Shown: piece by piece, positions 1 to 9,755 of the stretch | Layout: each line of letters begins with the position of its first letter | Numbering within the stretch: the first letter of the stretch is position 1 | From: Flavobacteriales bacterium | GTDB taxonomy: Bacteria > Bacteroidota > Bacteroidia > Flavobacteriales > UBA1820 | Direction: 5' to 3' | Length of the DNA stretch: 64,000 bases | Assembly: GCA_017620815.1 (NCBI GenBank) | Contig: JAGAUI010000001.1 | Coordinates: 4,774 to 68,773 of the forward strand | Translations under genes and position numbers: made by a program | The notes under the pieces: generated by a model | Databases searched by the model: none | Told to the model about the DNA's origin: nothing | Seen by the model: only the letters and a program-made list of their open reading frames with translations

Positions 1-1
1 C

Positions 2-184
2 GAGACCATGAATCTGTCTATGGGTATAGGTGTAAATCTAGGCGAATACTTCACCGTAGAAGCCACATACATGGGTAGTAAATACTCTTCATACCAATAC
101 CTATACTCCCCCACCCTTACCGATGCTGTAAAAAGAGATATGCTCTCTCACCATATAGCCATAGGTGCCACATTCAGATTCTAA
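2..184 (+). CDS. outer-membrane beta-barrel protein, C-terminal fragment (gene starts left of the window)
   Basis: The frame is open from the window edge to TAA at 182-184. The translation ...GIGVNLGEYFTVEATYMGSKYSSYQY...HHIAIGATFRF* has alternating beta-strand character and a terminal aromatic residue typical of OM barrels. A terminator follows. Confidence 0.4.
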   Translation, partial: ETMNLSMGIGVNLGEYFTVEATYMGSKYSSYQYLYSPTLTDAVKRDMLSHHIAIGATFRF

Positions 185-198
185 TGCTATATTTCTAT

Positions 199-237
199 AA
201 AAAAACTCCCGCCTCCGAAAAGAGGCGGGAGTTTTTT
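199..237. terminator. bidirectional intrinsic terminator between the barrel gene and menB
   Basis: Stem ACTCCCGCCTC / GAGGCGGGAGT with an A-run on the left and a T-run on the right. Confidence 0.75.
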
Positions 238-238
238 A

Positions 239-1063
239 TCAAGGGAATTTGGGGAAATCGTCAAAATTTGGGTCTCTTTTTTCCAGAAAAGCGTTACGTC
301 CTTCCTGTGCTTCGTCCATCATATAGAACATAAGCGTAGCATCTCCTGCCAGCTCCATAAGACCTCGCTGACCATCTAGTTCGGCGTTAAGACCACGTTT
401 TATCATTCGTAGAGCCATAGGCGAACGCTGCATCATAACACGGCACCACTCCACAGTCTCATCTTCCAGTTTATCTAGAGGAACCACTTTGTTTACCATA
501 CCCATCTGGCATGCTTCTTCGGCGGTGTATTGACGGCATAAAAACCATATCTCACGGGCTTTCTTCTGTCCTACACACCTTGCCAGATATGACGAACCAA
601 ATCCAGCATCAAAACTACCTACCTTGGGTCCTGTCTGTCCAAAACGTGCATTTTCAGACGCTATGGTAAGGTCACACACCACATGCAGGACATGTCCTCC
701 TCCTATGGCATAACCATTGACCATAGCCACAACTGGTTTTGGCAGTGAACGTATGGCTTTGTGTACGTCTAGTACATTAAGACGTGGCACTCCATCTGTA
801 CCTATGTAGCCACCACGACTCTTTACATTCTGGTCTCCTCCACTGCAGAATGCTTTATCTCCAGCTCCGGTGAGTACCACTACGCGTATGTCTGCTCTCT
901 CACGACATATGGTAAGTGCATCCAGTATTTCTTGGTTGGTGTCTGGGCGGAAAGCATTATAAACACGAGGACGGTTTATAGTTATACGAGCTATACCTTC
1001 ATAGAAATCAAAAAGTATATCTGTATAATCTTTTATCTTTATCCAATTCCTTTTTTCACTCAT
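239..1063 (-). CDS. menB: 1,4-dihydroxy-2-naphthoyl-CoA synthase (crotonase fold)
   Basis: 274 aa. Full-length MenB-like sequence ([12 protein letters not shown]...CSGGDQ...[21 protein letters not shown]...[18 protein letters not shown]). Confidence 0.9.
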   Translation of the reverse strand: MSEKRNWIKIKDYTDILFDFYEGIARITINRPRVYNAFRPDTNQEILDALTICRERADIRVVVLTGAGDKAFCSGGDQNVKSRGGYIGTDGVPRLNVLDVHKAIRSLPKPVVAMVNGYAIGGGHVLHVVCDLTIASENARFGQTGPKVGSFDAGFGSSYLARCVGQKKAREIWFLCRQYTAEEACQMGMVNKVVPLDKLEDETVEWCRVMMQRSPMALRMIKRGLNAELDGQRGLMELAGDATLMFYMMDEAQEGRNAFLEKRDPNFDDFPKFP

Positions 1064-1225
1064 ATTTTTATTTTTTTTGTTTCAACGTGTGCAAATATAA
1101 AAAATCATATCGTCATAACCCACACAATGGCTTTATTTAATATCATCATATGATGATTATATGATATTTTTCCACTATATTTGTTTATGTATCTATGGCT
1201 ATAAAAATTTTTTTGAAAATCATTT

Positions 1226-1252
1226 AAACCTTTTTGCTATAGTTACGTCTTT
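1226..1252 (+). promoter_or_regulatory. putative ECF-type promoter (AAACC-N15-CGTCTTT) in front of the ECF sigma gene
   Basis: -35-like AAACC at 1226-1230 and -10-like CGTCT at 1246-1250. The same AACCTTTT...(C/T)GTCT architecture occurs at 41675-41702 and 55550-55577. Its position implies the real start codon may be the M12 ATG at 1289. Confidence 0.4.
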
Positions 1253-1255
1253 AAG

Positions 1256-1852
1256 ATGAAACCAAAAATAAATATAGACTCTATACCTATGCACACAGAA
1301 TATTCCGATGTCCAATTATTGGAAATATTTCACAAGGGCAGTAGAGCAGAAAGAGAAAAAGTTTTTGGAATCATAGTAAAGAGATATTCGCGTTCTTTGT
1401 ATTCATATTTGCGGCGTATATTGGTAAGCCACGATGATACAGACGACATATTGCAAGAGACTTTTATCAAGGCTTGGAATAATCTAGACACGATAAAAGA
1501 CGGTGGAGCACTTAAAAATTGGCTGTATCGCACAGCGAGCAATGCTGCCATATCTCTATTGAGAGAAAGAGCAAATGCTATGACCGTACCCCTAGATGAC
1601 TATGACGTCATACAGGAGAGTTCAAATACCGAAGAGATGGCACAAATGGACCGTATGAGCCGCCTTACGAGTGAAGCAATACATTCGCTACCCAAAATAC
1701 AGCAAATGGTATTTACCATGAAACATTTTCAGGGATTAAAATACAGCCAGATAAGCGAAATACTTGGAACTAGCGAAGGCTCACTGAAAGCATCATACCA
1801 CATAGCCGTGGAGAAGATAAGAAAATATGTAGAACAGAAAAACGATATATAA
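1256..1852 (+). CDS. RNA polymerase ECF-type sigma-70 factor
   Basis: 198 aa with region 2 (DDILQETFIKAW...WLYRTASN) and a region 4 HTH (KYSQISEILGTSEGSLKASYHIAVEKIR). Confidence 0.85.
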   Translation: MKPKINIDSIPMHTEYSDVQLLEIFHKGSRAEREKVFGIIVKRYSRSLYSYLRRILVSHDDTDDILQETFIKAWNNLDTIKDGGALKNWLYRTASNAAISLLRERANAMTVPLDDYDVIQESSNTEEMAQMDRMSRLTSEAIHSLPKIQQMVFTMKHFQGLKYSQISEILGTSEGSLKASYHIAVEKIRKYVEQKNDI

Positions 1853-1855
1853 ACC

Positions 1856-2305
1856 ATGCAAGGCATAAACGAGATAAAAGACCCTATTTATGAAGCTCCC
1901 GAAGGTTATTTTGAGGAGTTTGAGGTGAGAGTTTGCTCTTATGTCCACAGCATGGAAAAGAGCAAAAGACATCACACTATATTGCGTAGGTTATATATGG
2001 GAGTGAGTACTGCTGCAGCTATGATAGCTATATACATAGGTGCACATGGATATGAAAACACAGACATTCCCTCTTATAGCAGTATAGAGATAACATCGGC
2101 AGAAGAGCTACACGCTTATGTGAGCGATATACAGAAAGATTACAGCAACGAGAGCTCTATTGTTGAAACAGTCGAAGATATGAGCCCTATATCAGATTTC
2201 TACCTTTCACAGATAGAAGAAATGGGAGAGGCTCAAGACCAAGACACAGAAAACCTTTACGAAGAAGTCCTTAACTATAACATAATGGAATTGGCTTCAT
2301 TGTAA
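1856..2305 (+). CDS. hypothetical single-pass membrane protein, probable anti-sigma factor
   Basis: It starts 4 nt after the sigma gene stop. One central hydrophobic helix (LYMGVSTAAAMIAIYIGA) and an acidic C-terminal tail. No recognisable family. Confidence 0.35.
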   Translation: MQGINEIKDPIYEAPEGYFEEFEVRVCSYVHSMEKSKRHHTILRRLYMGVSTAAAMIAIYIGAHGYENTDIPSYSSIEITSAEELHAYVSDIQKDYSNESSIVETVEDMSPISDFYLSQIEEMGEAQDQDTENLYEEVLNYNIMELASL

Positions 2306-2372
2306 ACCATATAAACAACATTCTGCTATCCTCTACCGCGGAGGAGGATAGACAGAAATAAAAAAAGAAAAG

Positions 2373-3358
2373 ATGAAAAGACATTATCTATTTGCTACCA
2401 CCATTATCACACTCATAGGCTCTATGGGCTGTGTGTGGAGCAACACACCTGTAAAATCACAATCTGCGGAAGGGAAGAAAGAAAATGTTGAGACGGTTTA
2501 TCGTGCTGCCAAAAAATCATTCTCTGAAAATCCAGACGATAAAACAGCCGAAGCAAAATACATCGCTGCTACCAAGGCTCTATGGGCATCACAAGCAGCC
2601 AAAGCTGCCGAGATGAAAAAAATGAGAGAAAGTGCATCGCCTGCACAGAAAGCTCATTGGGAGGCAGAAAAAAAACTGAATGCAGCTCTTAAAGCATGGA
2701 AGGAGGATGTAGATTCTCAAGAAAAACAAGACGCTGCCATAGCCGCACAGAAAGCTGCATTTGCTGCACAGAAAGCTGCAATGCCTGTTTTTATCCTAAA
2801 TGACAAAATTATTGAAGATATGAACAAAATTGATTTTTCAAAAATGGGAAAAGGTTCGTATCTTTGCAGTGAAGAGGCAGTGAAAAGTATGGAGATAAGG
2901 CGATAAACGGTGCCATTATCCTCAAATACAAATCTCAACCCTCTCCTTCTGTTCAACGCCCACAAGGTGGAACAAGACCACATTCTACTGTGCCTTCACC
3001 ACAGGAGCGAGTATCATACCTTATAAAGTCTAGTGGTGCCACACCACAAGAAGCCAAAAAGGTAAACGAGATATTTGAAAAATATAACCCACAGATAGAA
3101 GCTCTCCGCCGTGAGAACAACTCTCTCCTAAAGGGTAAAGATGGACAGTATAATGTCTCTCAAGTGATGAAAAACAACATCACCATAGAGGAGAAAAGAG
3201 CCAGCATGTATGATGAACTGTCAAAGGTTCTTTCTGCTGAAAAGGTAAACAAACTTTACCGCAGCGAGATGGAAATGGCTCGTCATATGGTACAAGGAGG
3301 CCGCCAGATGCCTATGGGAGGACAGAATAATAAACCACAACCCAAACCATATAGATAA
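2373..3358 (+). pseudogene. secreted/periplasmic protein split by a 1-nt frameshift (ORFs 2373..2906 and 2990..3358); C-terminal part is Spy/CpxP-like helical
   Basis: The first ORF stops at 2904-2906, but the adjacent frame is open from 2873 and runs into the second ORF. Adding one A to the A4 run at 2883-2886 gives a continuous ...EEAVKKYGDKAINGAIILKYKSQPSP... Confidence 0.55.
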
Positions 3359-3408
3359 AGGAAAATATATTTTATTTTTTTCATAGTGCTGTTATAGATG
3401 TTTGATTA

Positions 3409-3446
3409 GGTGCACCCTTTGTTTCTCGGGGGTGCATTTTATTTTT
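3409..3446 (+). terminator. intrinsic terminator of the sigma/anti-sigma/periplasmic-protein operon
   Basis: Stem TGCACCC / GGGTGCA followed by TTTTATTTTT. Confidence 0.65.
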
Positions 3447-3483
3447 AAATACATCTACTCTCTTACCTTATAATAACTCACAT

Positions 3484-3510
3484 AAAAAAATTGGCGGGAA
3501 ACCCCGCCAA
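3484..3510 (-). terminator. intrinsic terminator of nrdJ
   Basis: Stem TTGGCGGG / CCCGCCAA. The A7 run on the plus strand is the U-tract on the minus strand. Confidence 0.7.
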
Positions 3511-3561
3511 CCTAATTAATAACCTAATAAAATAAAATTGTGTATGAAAAAAAAATCTTCA

Positions 3562-6153
3562 TCAACCACATTTTGAATGTCCACAGCTCTTACATATTAT
3601 ACAACCGTTTTCATAGATAAGACCATTAGGGTCACCACACTGAGGACATTTCTTATCGACTGCGGCAGTACCATTAGGGATATAACGTTTGAATGCACGC
3701 AACACACCGTTCTTCCACGTATTGATGTTCTCATCATACAGACGCAAGTTATTGATAAGTTCCACCACAAATGTAAGTGGCATACCATGACGCAACACCT
3801 CTGAAATAACGATAGCATAGTTCCAATACTCCTTATTGAACGAACGTGATAGACCTTCTATCGTAGTACGGTAACCTTCTTTATCGGTATATTGGAAGTC
3901 ATAACGAGAGTTTCCTTCTTCGTCTTTTTCCTTGATAACCACACCTTTTTCTACATATGGAGGCAGGTTAAAGGCGTCTTCCATACGTCCAGTGAATATC
4001 TCATATGGTTTTCCATCCATTATACCTATTACGGCTATCCATTTTTCGTATTCATTCTGGAAGCGTATAACATCGGCTTCTAGGCGTTTAGGACGACGTA
4101 TAAGGTCTTTCTCCATTACCATATTACTCATCGCTTTGCCGTCCTCTTTCTTGTCTTTCTTATCGGCAGCTACAAGCACTCCGCTACGAGAACCATCACG
4201 ATAAACCGTAATACCTTTAAGACCTTGTTTCCAGCTTTCCATATAAATATCACCCACACGCTCTACAGACACATCTGATGGAAGATTGATAGTAGAAGAA
4301 ATACTATGTGTAGTGTACTTCTGTACCAATGCCTGCATCTGTACACGTTTATACCAGTCTATCTCGGCAGCAGTAGAGCCTGCATATGGAGAAAGTGTGA
4401 TATCTTCCTCTCCCGAAACCTCTTTCCAACGTGCCAATCCAGGGTGGTAAACTATAAATTCCTTGAATCCATCGCCCATATCATCTACATAGTCTGGTTT
4501 TTCTCCACTACCCGCCTGTACTTTGCGACGACGTTTATATGACAACATAAATACAGGTTCTATACCAGAAGACGTGCGAGTAAGAAGGCTTATAGTACCA
4601 GTAGGAGCTACAGTAGAAAGAGAGATATTACGACGACCATATTTCATCATACGTTTGTATATAGGTGCAAATTCCTTTTTAAGCATCTTTACAAAGTCTG
4701 ATGTGTCTTCATATTTTTTATTGAATCCTTCAAATGCTCCACGGGTTATAGCCATGTCAATAGAAGAATCAAACTCACCACGCAGTTTTGTTTTCATTAT
4801 CTGGTCAACTACAGAAAGAGCCTCTATAGAGTCAAACTTGAAGTTAAGGGCTGCGATAGTATCGGCAAGACCTGTAAATCCTAGACCTGTACGGCGACCT
4901 TTTTTACCTGTGTTGTAGAGCAGTTCCCATAGTTCGCGTTCGTTGCGTTTGATTATTTCTGGCTCGCTATCGCTTTCCACTTTGGCGAGGATACGAGAAA
5001 CGCACTCCAATTCCAAATCTACTAGGTCGTCATTCAGACGCTGACCTTCATATGCTACGCGATAGAATTTTTCATAATCAAACGAAGCCTCTTCTGTAAA
5101 AGGATTCTCTACAAACGAAAGCATATTTATAGCTATAAGACGGCATGAATCTCCACCCTGCATCGCTATTTCAGAACAAGGGTTTGTACTTGCATTTTTA
5201 TAACCCGGATACACAGAAGATGTAGAGTATTTGTGTTGGCGGTCCCAGAATATGATACCCGGTTCGGCTGTATTGTGTGCCGAAGCGATGATTTTATTCC
5301 ACAACTCACGAGCATTTATAGTACGTGAGTATTTAGGGTCTGGTTTATCTATAGGCCAACGCAATGTATAGTCTGTGTTTTTATCCACAGCCTGCATGAA
5401 TTCGTCTGATATACGTACCGATATATTGGCTCCAGTTACCTTTTTAAGGTCTTGTTTTATAGAGATAAAGTCTTCTATATCTGGGTGAGCGACATCCATA
5501 GTAAGCATAAGTGCTCCACGGCGACCGTTCTGTGCCACCTCACGTGTAGTATTTGAGTAACGTTCCATAAATGAAACAGCACCCGTAGTAGTTCCTGCAG
5601 CGTTTGACACTACAGAATTTTTGGGACGTAGTCCAGATATGTCCACACCTACTCCACAACGACGCTTAAATAGCTGTACTAGTTGTTCGTCTGTATGACA
5701 GATACCACCATAAGAGTCCTCTACCGATGGAACTACCACACAGTTTGACAGCGAAGCTATCATTTCCTTGTTACCAAGTGCAGTCATAACACTACCCTGT
5801 GGCACTATGTACTTAAAGCCATCAAAGAGGTCAAATATAGAATCCTCTGTGAGTTCTTCACGTACCTGTCCATAGGCAGATAGTGCAGATTTGTCTTCTC
5901 CCGCTGGATAGTTTTTCTCTATGCGGGCAAATTCTTTGGCCATACGGCGGTGCATCATTTCTGGGCTGTTTTCTATAAGACGACCATCGGCGTCTTTCAT
6001 AGCATACTTCTTCACCCAAGTAGATGCTGCTAGTTCATCTCCATCAAAATAAGGAAGAGCCACTGCATAGGCTTCATCATAGGAGTAGAACTTTTTCTCT
6101 GACGAGAGGTTTTCAGTGTTCATTTGTTGCAATTTTATTTCTGCCGCCCACAA
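3562..6153 (-). CDS. nrdJ: adenosylcobalamin-dependent (class II) ribonucleoside-diphosphate/triphosphate reductase
   Basis: 863 aa with RNR catalytic-core motifs (NPCSEI, STVAPTGTIS) and a C-terminal CxxC...CxxC zinc ribbon (CPQCGD...CKSCGHSKCG), as in NrdJ. Confidence 0.85.
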   Translation of the reverse strand: MWAAEIKLQQMNTENLSSEKKFYSYDEAYAVALPYFDGDELAASTWVKKYAMKDADGRLIENSPEMMHRRMAKEFARIEKNYPAGEDKSALSAYGQVREELTEDSIFDLFDGFKYIVPQGSVMTALGNKEMIASLSNCVVVPSVEDSYGGICHTDEQLVQLFKRRCGVGVDISGLRPKNSVVSNAAGTTTGAVSFMERYSNTTREVAQNGRRGALMLTMDVAHPDIEDFISIKQDLKKVTGANISVRISDEFMQAVDKNTDYTLRWPIDKPDPKYSRTINARELWNKIIASAHNTAEPGIIFWDRQHKYSTSSVYPGYKNASTNPCSEIAMQGGDSCRLIAINMLSFVENPFTEEASFDYEKFYRVAYEGQRLNDDLVDLELECVSRILAKVESDSEPEIIKRNERELWELLYNTGKKGRRTGLGFTGLADTIAALNFKFDSIEALSVVDQIMKTKLRGEFDSSIDMAITRGAFEGFNKKYEDTSDFVKMLKKEFAPIYKRMMKYGRRNISLSTVAPTGTISLLTRTSSGIEPVFMLSYKRRRKVQAGSGEKPDYVDDMGDGFKEFIVYHPGLARWKEVSGEEDITLSPYAGSTAAEIDWYKRVQMQALVQKYTTHSISSTINLPSDVSVERVGDIYMESWKQGLKGITVYRDGSRSGVLVAADKKDKKEDGKAMSNMVMEKDLIRRPKRLEADVIRFQNEYEKWIAVIGIMDGKPYEIFTGRMEDAFNLPPYVEKGVVIKEKDEEGNSRYDFQYTDKEGYRTTIEGLSRSFNKEYWNYAIVISEVLRHGMPLTFVVELINNLRLYDENINTWKNGVLRAFKRYIPNGTAAVDKKCPQCGDPNGLIYENGCIICKSCGHSKCG

Positions 6154-6643
6154 AAAAGCGACAATATTTTATATAAATTATGTTATTTATTTGTTATTCT
6201 TTCCTACCTGTAGTATATTAGCACCGCCATTTGACAGCACTTATATCTTTCTTTTCATCCACACTCCCCCACCACGACAAATGTATATCTTTTATATATA
6301 TGAGCCTATATTTTTTTAAAATTTTTACAAACATTAACATTAGCCTACACAGCAACCAACTGAAACATAACACATTAAATACATTCGCCTAGAAAACTTT
6401 TTAAAAAACCACAAAAACTTTTTCCAAAAAATAAAAATAATTTTTTCTTGCATATGAATTTTTTTTCATTATAGAGATAAAACAAAAACCACTATCACAA
6501 AAGACATTTTTCCACATAAACACTTCACGTTCATACTATAAGCACTTTTCTTTGCCATATACATTTTCTCCTCTTTGGTTTTAATTTAAAAAAGGATTAT
6601 TATGTATTATTTCTTATCTTTGGACTTTGTTAAAGATGATGAG

Positions 6644-7021
6644 ATGGCACAGACTCTAGGAGCAGAGGAAAGACTCAAAAAACAGAAAATCATAGACGAG
6701 ATATTTTATAAACGCAATAGTGTTTCCAAATATCCCGTTAGATTACTATGGACAGAACTAGACGAGGGTTCTCCCAACAGCCAATGTGCCTTTTTTGTCC
6801 CCAAACGCTACTTCCGTCATGCGGTGGACAGAAACCGTATAAAACGCCTCATGAGAGAAGTATATCGTACACATAGAGACACTTACCTCTCCCACACTAC
6901 AACTCATTACGCATTTGTCCTACTGTGGAACGGCAGTGATATGCCTTCATATTCTACTGTATGTACTCTTATAGATGGCGCCTTTGGCAAATGGAAAGAA
7001 AAGACAGTCGTATGCTTATAG
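6644..7021 (+). CDS. rnpA: ribonuclease P protein component
   Basis: LKKQKIIDEIF...FFVPKRYFRHAVDRNRIKRLMREVYR matches the RnpA signature. Start chosen at ATG 6644 (the ORF is open from 6602) because a TAtcTTTG -7-like box lies at 6615-6622. Confidence 0.8.
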   Translation: MAQTLGAEERLKKQKIIDEIFYKRNSVSKYPVRLLWTELDEGSPNSQCAFFVPKRYFRHAVDRNRIKRLMREVYRTHRDTYLSHTTTHYAFVLLWNGSDMPSYSTVCTLIDGAFGKWKEKTVVCL

Positions 7022-7494
7022 AAATATACACAGATGGTTCTTCCAGAGGTAACCCGGGACCCGGTGGTTACGGCATTATCATGCGAGCACCCAGTATCAA
7101 CTATGAAAAACGTTTTGCCGAAGGATTCCGCATGACCACCAATAACCGTATGGAACTTCTTTCTGTCATCGTCGCCATAGAGATGATACGCGGCGAAGGT
7201 CATGACGTACATATCTATTCAGATTCCCGTTATGTAACAGACGCCATAAATAAAGGTTGGCTCAAAGGCTGGCAGCAGAAAGGATTTGCAGGGAAGAAAA
7301 ATCCCGACCTATGGCGTAGATATCTATCTGCCGTAGGCAAACACCGTCTTACGTTTCACTGGATAAAGGGACATGCCTCCCACACAGAAAACGAAATATG
7401 TGATAAAATGGCCGTAGAAGCCGCTACCGCCCCTTCACAGATGCTACACATAGACCACTATTTTGAAACGACAGAAATCATAAACAAGCAATGA
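7012..7494 (+). CDS. rnhA: ribonuclease HI
   Basis: MLIEIYTDGSSRGNPGPGGYGIIMR...NNRMEL...IYSDSRYV...WIKGHASHTENEICDKMA. ATG 7012 overlaps the rnpA stop by 10 nt. The upstream ORF extension (6961) is rejected. Confidence 0.85.
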   Translation: MLIEIYTDGSSRGNPGPGGYGIIMRAPSINYEKRFAEGFRMTTNNRMELLSVIVAIEMIRGEGHDVHIYSDSRYVTDAINKGWLKGWQQKGFAGKKNPDLWRRYLSAVGKHRLTFHWIKGHASHTENEICDKMAVEAATAPSQMLHIDHYFETTEIINKQ

Positions 7495-8495
7495 TGAGAA
7501 AAACTCTTCGGTTTATAATCATAACGGGAGCACTATTATGTTTTATCTATATGATAGGCCCACGTTGTGAAAAAGCAGTTCTATCCACTTCATTTCCTGT
7601 TGTACCTTCTTCCCTTTCACAACTTTCAGACAGCATATCAAATGCCGAAAGTTACTATAAAGACAGCATAAAAAGTGGATGCAGTTCACAGATACGTTGG
7701 TCAAATGACAGCCTTACCACAACAGAATACTCCTTGCTATATCTACACGGATACACCGCCACTATCAACGAAGGCATGCCCGTAGTAGAACATTATGCTT
7801 CCCGTTATGGCATGAACGTCTATCTCCCTCGGCTGGACGACCACGCCTACCTAACCGATGAACCACTGCTTAATATGACTGCCGAAGGTCTATGGGAGAG
7901 TGCCAAAAACGCTCTATCGGTAGCAGGAAAACTGGGAGAGAAAGTGATAATAATGAGTACCAGTACTGGTGGCACACTTGCACTTACACTAGCTGCCACA
8001 TACCCAGAAAAAGTCCATGCCATTATTAACTTCTCACCAAATATATTACCCGCCACAACGGGTGTAAGACTTCTTACAGGGCATTGGGGACTGGAGATAG
8101 CTCGTATGGTGCAAGGCGGAAAGAGGATGAAAGTTACAGAAGAAAACAAATACCCTCTGCACTGGAGCGAAGGCCCTAGACTAGAATCGGCAGTGGAGCT
8201 CCAGCGTCTAGTAGATGCAACCATGCATAGCAATACATATGAAAAGATAGTATGTCCTTCGCTTACATTGGCATACTATAAAGACCCCGATAACCAAGAC
8301 CGTACTGTGCGAGTGGACAAGATAAAAGAGATGCATTCGCTCCTGTCCAGTCCTATTAAAAGCTATGTGGAACTACCATCGGTAGGAGTACACCCCATGG
8401 CTTGTGGAGTGATATCACACGACATAGAAGCTGTAGAGGACGCTATTTATAATTTTACAGAAAATACGCTGGGGATAGCTCCTGTAAAGCACTAG
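7491..8495 (+). CDS. alpha/beta hydrolase (esterase/lipase-like), secreted or membrane-anchored
   Basis: 334 aa with an N-terminal hydrophobic helix, LHGYTAT and a nucleophile-elbow-like MSTSTGG. ATGA overlap with the rnhA stop. Confidence 0.6.
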   Translation: MMRKTLRFIIITGALLCFIYMIGPRCEKAVLSTSFPVVPSSLSQLSDSISNAESYYKDSIKSGCSSQIRWSNDSLTTTEYSLLYLHGYTATINEGMPVVEHYASRYGMNVYLPRLDDHAYLTDEPLLNMTAEGLWESAKNALSVAGKLGEKVIIMSTSTGGTLALTLAATYPEKVHAIINFSPNILPATTGVRLLTGHWGLEIARMVQGGKRMKVTEENKYPLHWSEGPRLESAVELQRLVDATMHSNTYEKIVCPSLTLAYYKDPDNQDRTVRVDKIKEMHSLLSSPIKSYVELPSVGVHPMACGVISHDIEAVEDAIYNFTENTLGIAPVKH

Positions 8496-9025
8496 ATATC
8501 AATATCTGAAGGCTGGACATAACCATTCATCATAGCATAGAACGTAAGCCCAGAAACGGTCTTTATACCAAGTTTGGCTGTGATGTTTTTACGGTGGGTG
8601 AGTACGGTATTAAAACTTATAGATAAAGCCGATGCTATTTCCTTATTTATAGCTCCACGAGCTATCATTTTAAGCACCTGTATCTCTCGTTCAGAAAGGG
8701 ATTGAGATGAGGTTTGGTTTTTATTATATGAAAGGAATTGGTCTATCTGTTCTATCATTTCTTCTTGTGATAAACGCACACATAGCACATTCTCTCCCCT
8801 TGCCTCATGAGAGAGTATCATAGTCTGTCCACGTCTAGAAGCAAAAAAATCCTGATGTGATATATATTCTTTTTCAGAGACAAAAAAAACATCATATAAA
8901 GACATTTTCTCCACATCAAAATCATAGGACATATCTACCTCTATGGGTGCAAAATAAGCTGTAAGCAGCCCCTGAAGTCCTAGAGCAGATAGAGTATCAT
9001 CACTTATAATGGATACGTGTTTCAT
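8492..9025 (-). CDS. LuxR-family transcriptional regulator (C-terminal HTH; receiver-like N-domain looks degenerate)
   Basis: LSEREIQVLKMIARGAINKEIASALSISFNTVLTHRKNITAKLGIK is a canonical LuxR/GerE HTH. Confidence 0.75.
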   Translation of the reverse strand: MKHVSIISDDTLSALGLQGLLTAYFAPIEVDMSYDFDVEKMSLYDVFFVSEKEYISHQDFFASRRGQTMILSHEARGENVLCVRLSQEEMIEQIDQFLSYNKNQTSSQSLSEREIQVLKMIARGAINKEIASALSISFNTVLTHRKNITAKLGIKTVSGLTFYAMMNGYVQPSDIDI

Positions 9026-9634
9026 TTATTTCATCATGGGTATTAGCACACGATAACGTATGCGGAGGTGATGAGAAAGGTCTTTATGGAAAGAAGAGAG
9101 GAAGAAAAGCAAAGCGTAACACATATTTTTATTATATGGCCCCGATATGTGTTTAATGATGAGGCTTTTCACATCATCTATAAGAGATATAGCCGTCTGG
9201 CAGTATTCGTCAGAAGCATCAAAATCCATTTTACTATCATTTTCCATAGCAGATGATATCGCACTCTTTAAATCCCCCACCATTCTTTTTAACATATGCA
9301 ACGTAGTACTTTCCCCTCGCTCCAGATGAGACATATGTGCTTCTATCACGGGGATTTGAGAGGTGAGGTAGTATTCATATGTAGATTTAAGGTAAGAAAG
9401 CACATCTTCTTTGCTTGCTCTCTGGAATGATTTTTCTGGGAAATAACCTTCATTGAGAAAGGTATTGAGTATAGAGAGCAGGAAATCCACATCTACACCT
9501 TTGTTTATGCACACTTCTTCTACGGTAGCCTCACCTACACCTAGACCTATGCCCATACGGTCCAGTACTGGAACGATAGATGTATGACTGCTTATAACAG
9601 CACCCAAAGGCATATTTTTGTATATCAATAACAT
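9026..9634 (-). CDS. hypothetical protein, possibly ScdA-N/hemerythrin-like
   Basis: 202 aa, directly abutting the LuxR gene. The N-terminus (VPVLDRMGIGLGVGEATVEEVC) and His-rich helices (IEAHMSHLE, HKDLSHHLRIR) recall di-iron repair or sensor proteins. This is from memory only. Confidence 0.3.
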   Translation of the reverse strand: MLLIYKNMPLGAVISSHTSIVPVLDRMGIGLGVGEATVEEVCINKGVDVDFLLSILNTFLNEGYFPEKSFQRASKEDVLSYLKSTYEYYLTSQIPVIEAHMSHLERGESTTLHMLKRMVGDLKSAISSAMENDSKMDFDASDEYCQTAISLIDDVKSLIIKHISGPYNKNMCYALLFFLSSFHKDLSHHLRIRYRVLIPMMK

Positions 9635-9755
9635 ATCTTATCACTTTTAATTCACCACAAATATACTACATTTTGACTAGCCTATGGTTAAAAAACACAC
9701 ACAAGCCACACATTTGCCATTTTTTCCCTAAATTTTATCCTATCAATAATGTAAT

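Noticed and set aside
6154-6601. Cobalamin riboswitch or NrdR boxes in the ~450-nt region upstream of the B12-dependent nrdJ.
   Set aside because: The region is extremely AT-rich. It has a plausible TAcaTTTG promoter but no GC-rich B12-box-like core or multi-helix junction. It also lacks paired 16-bp NrdR-type palindromes. Nothing supports a riboswitch call.
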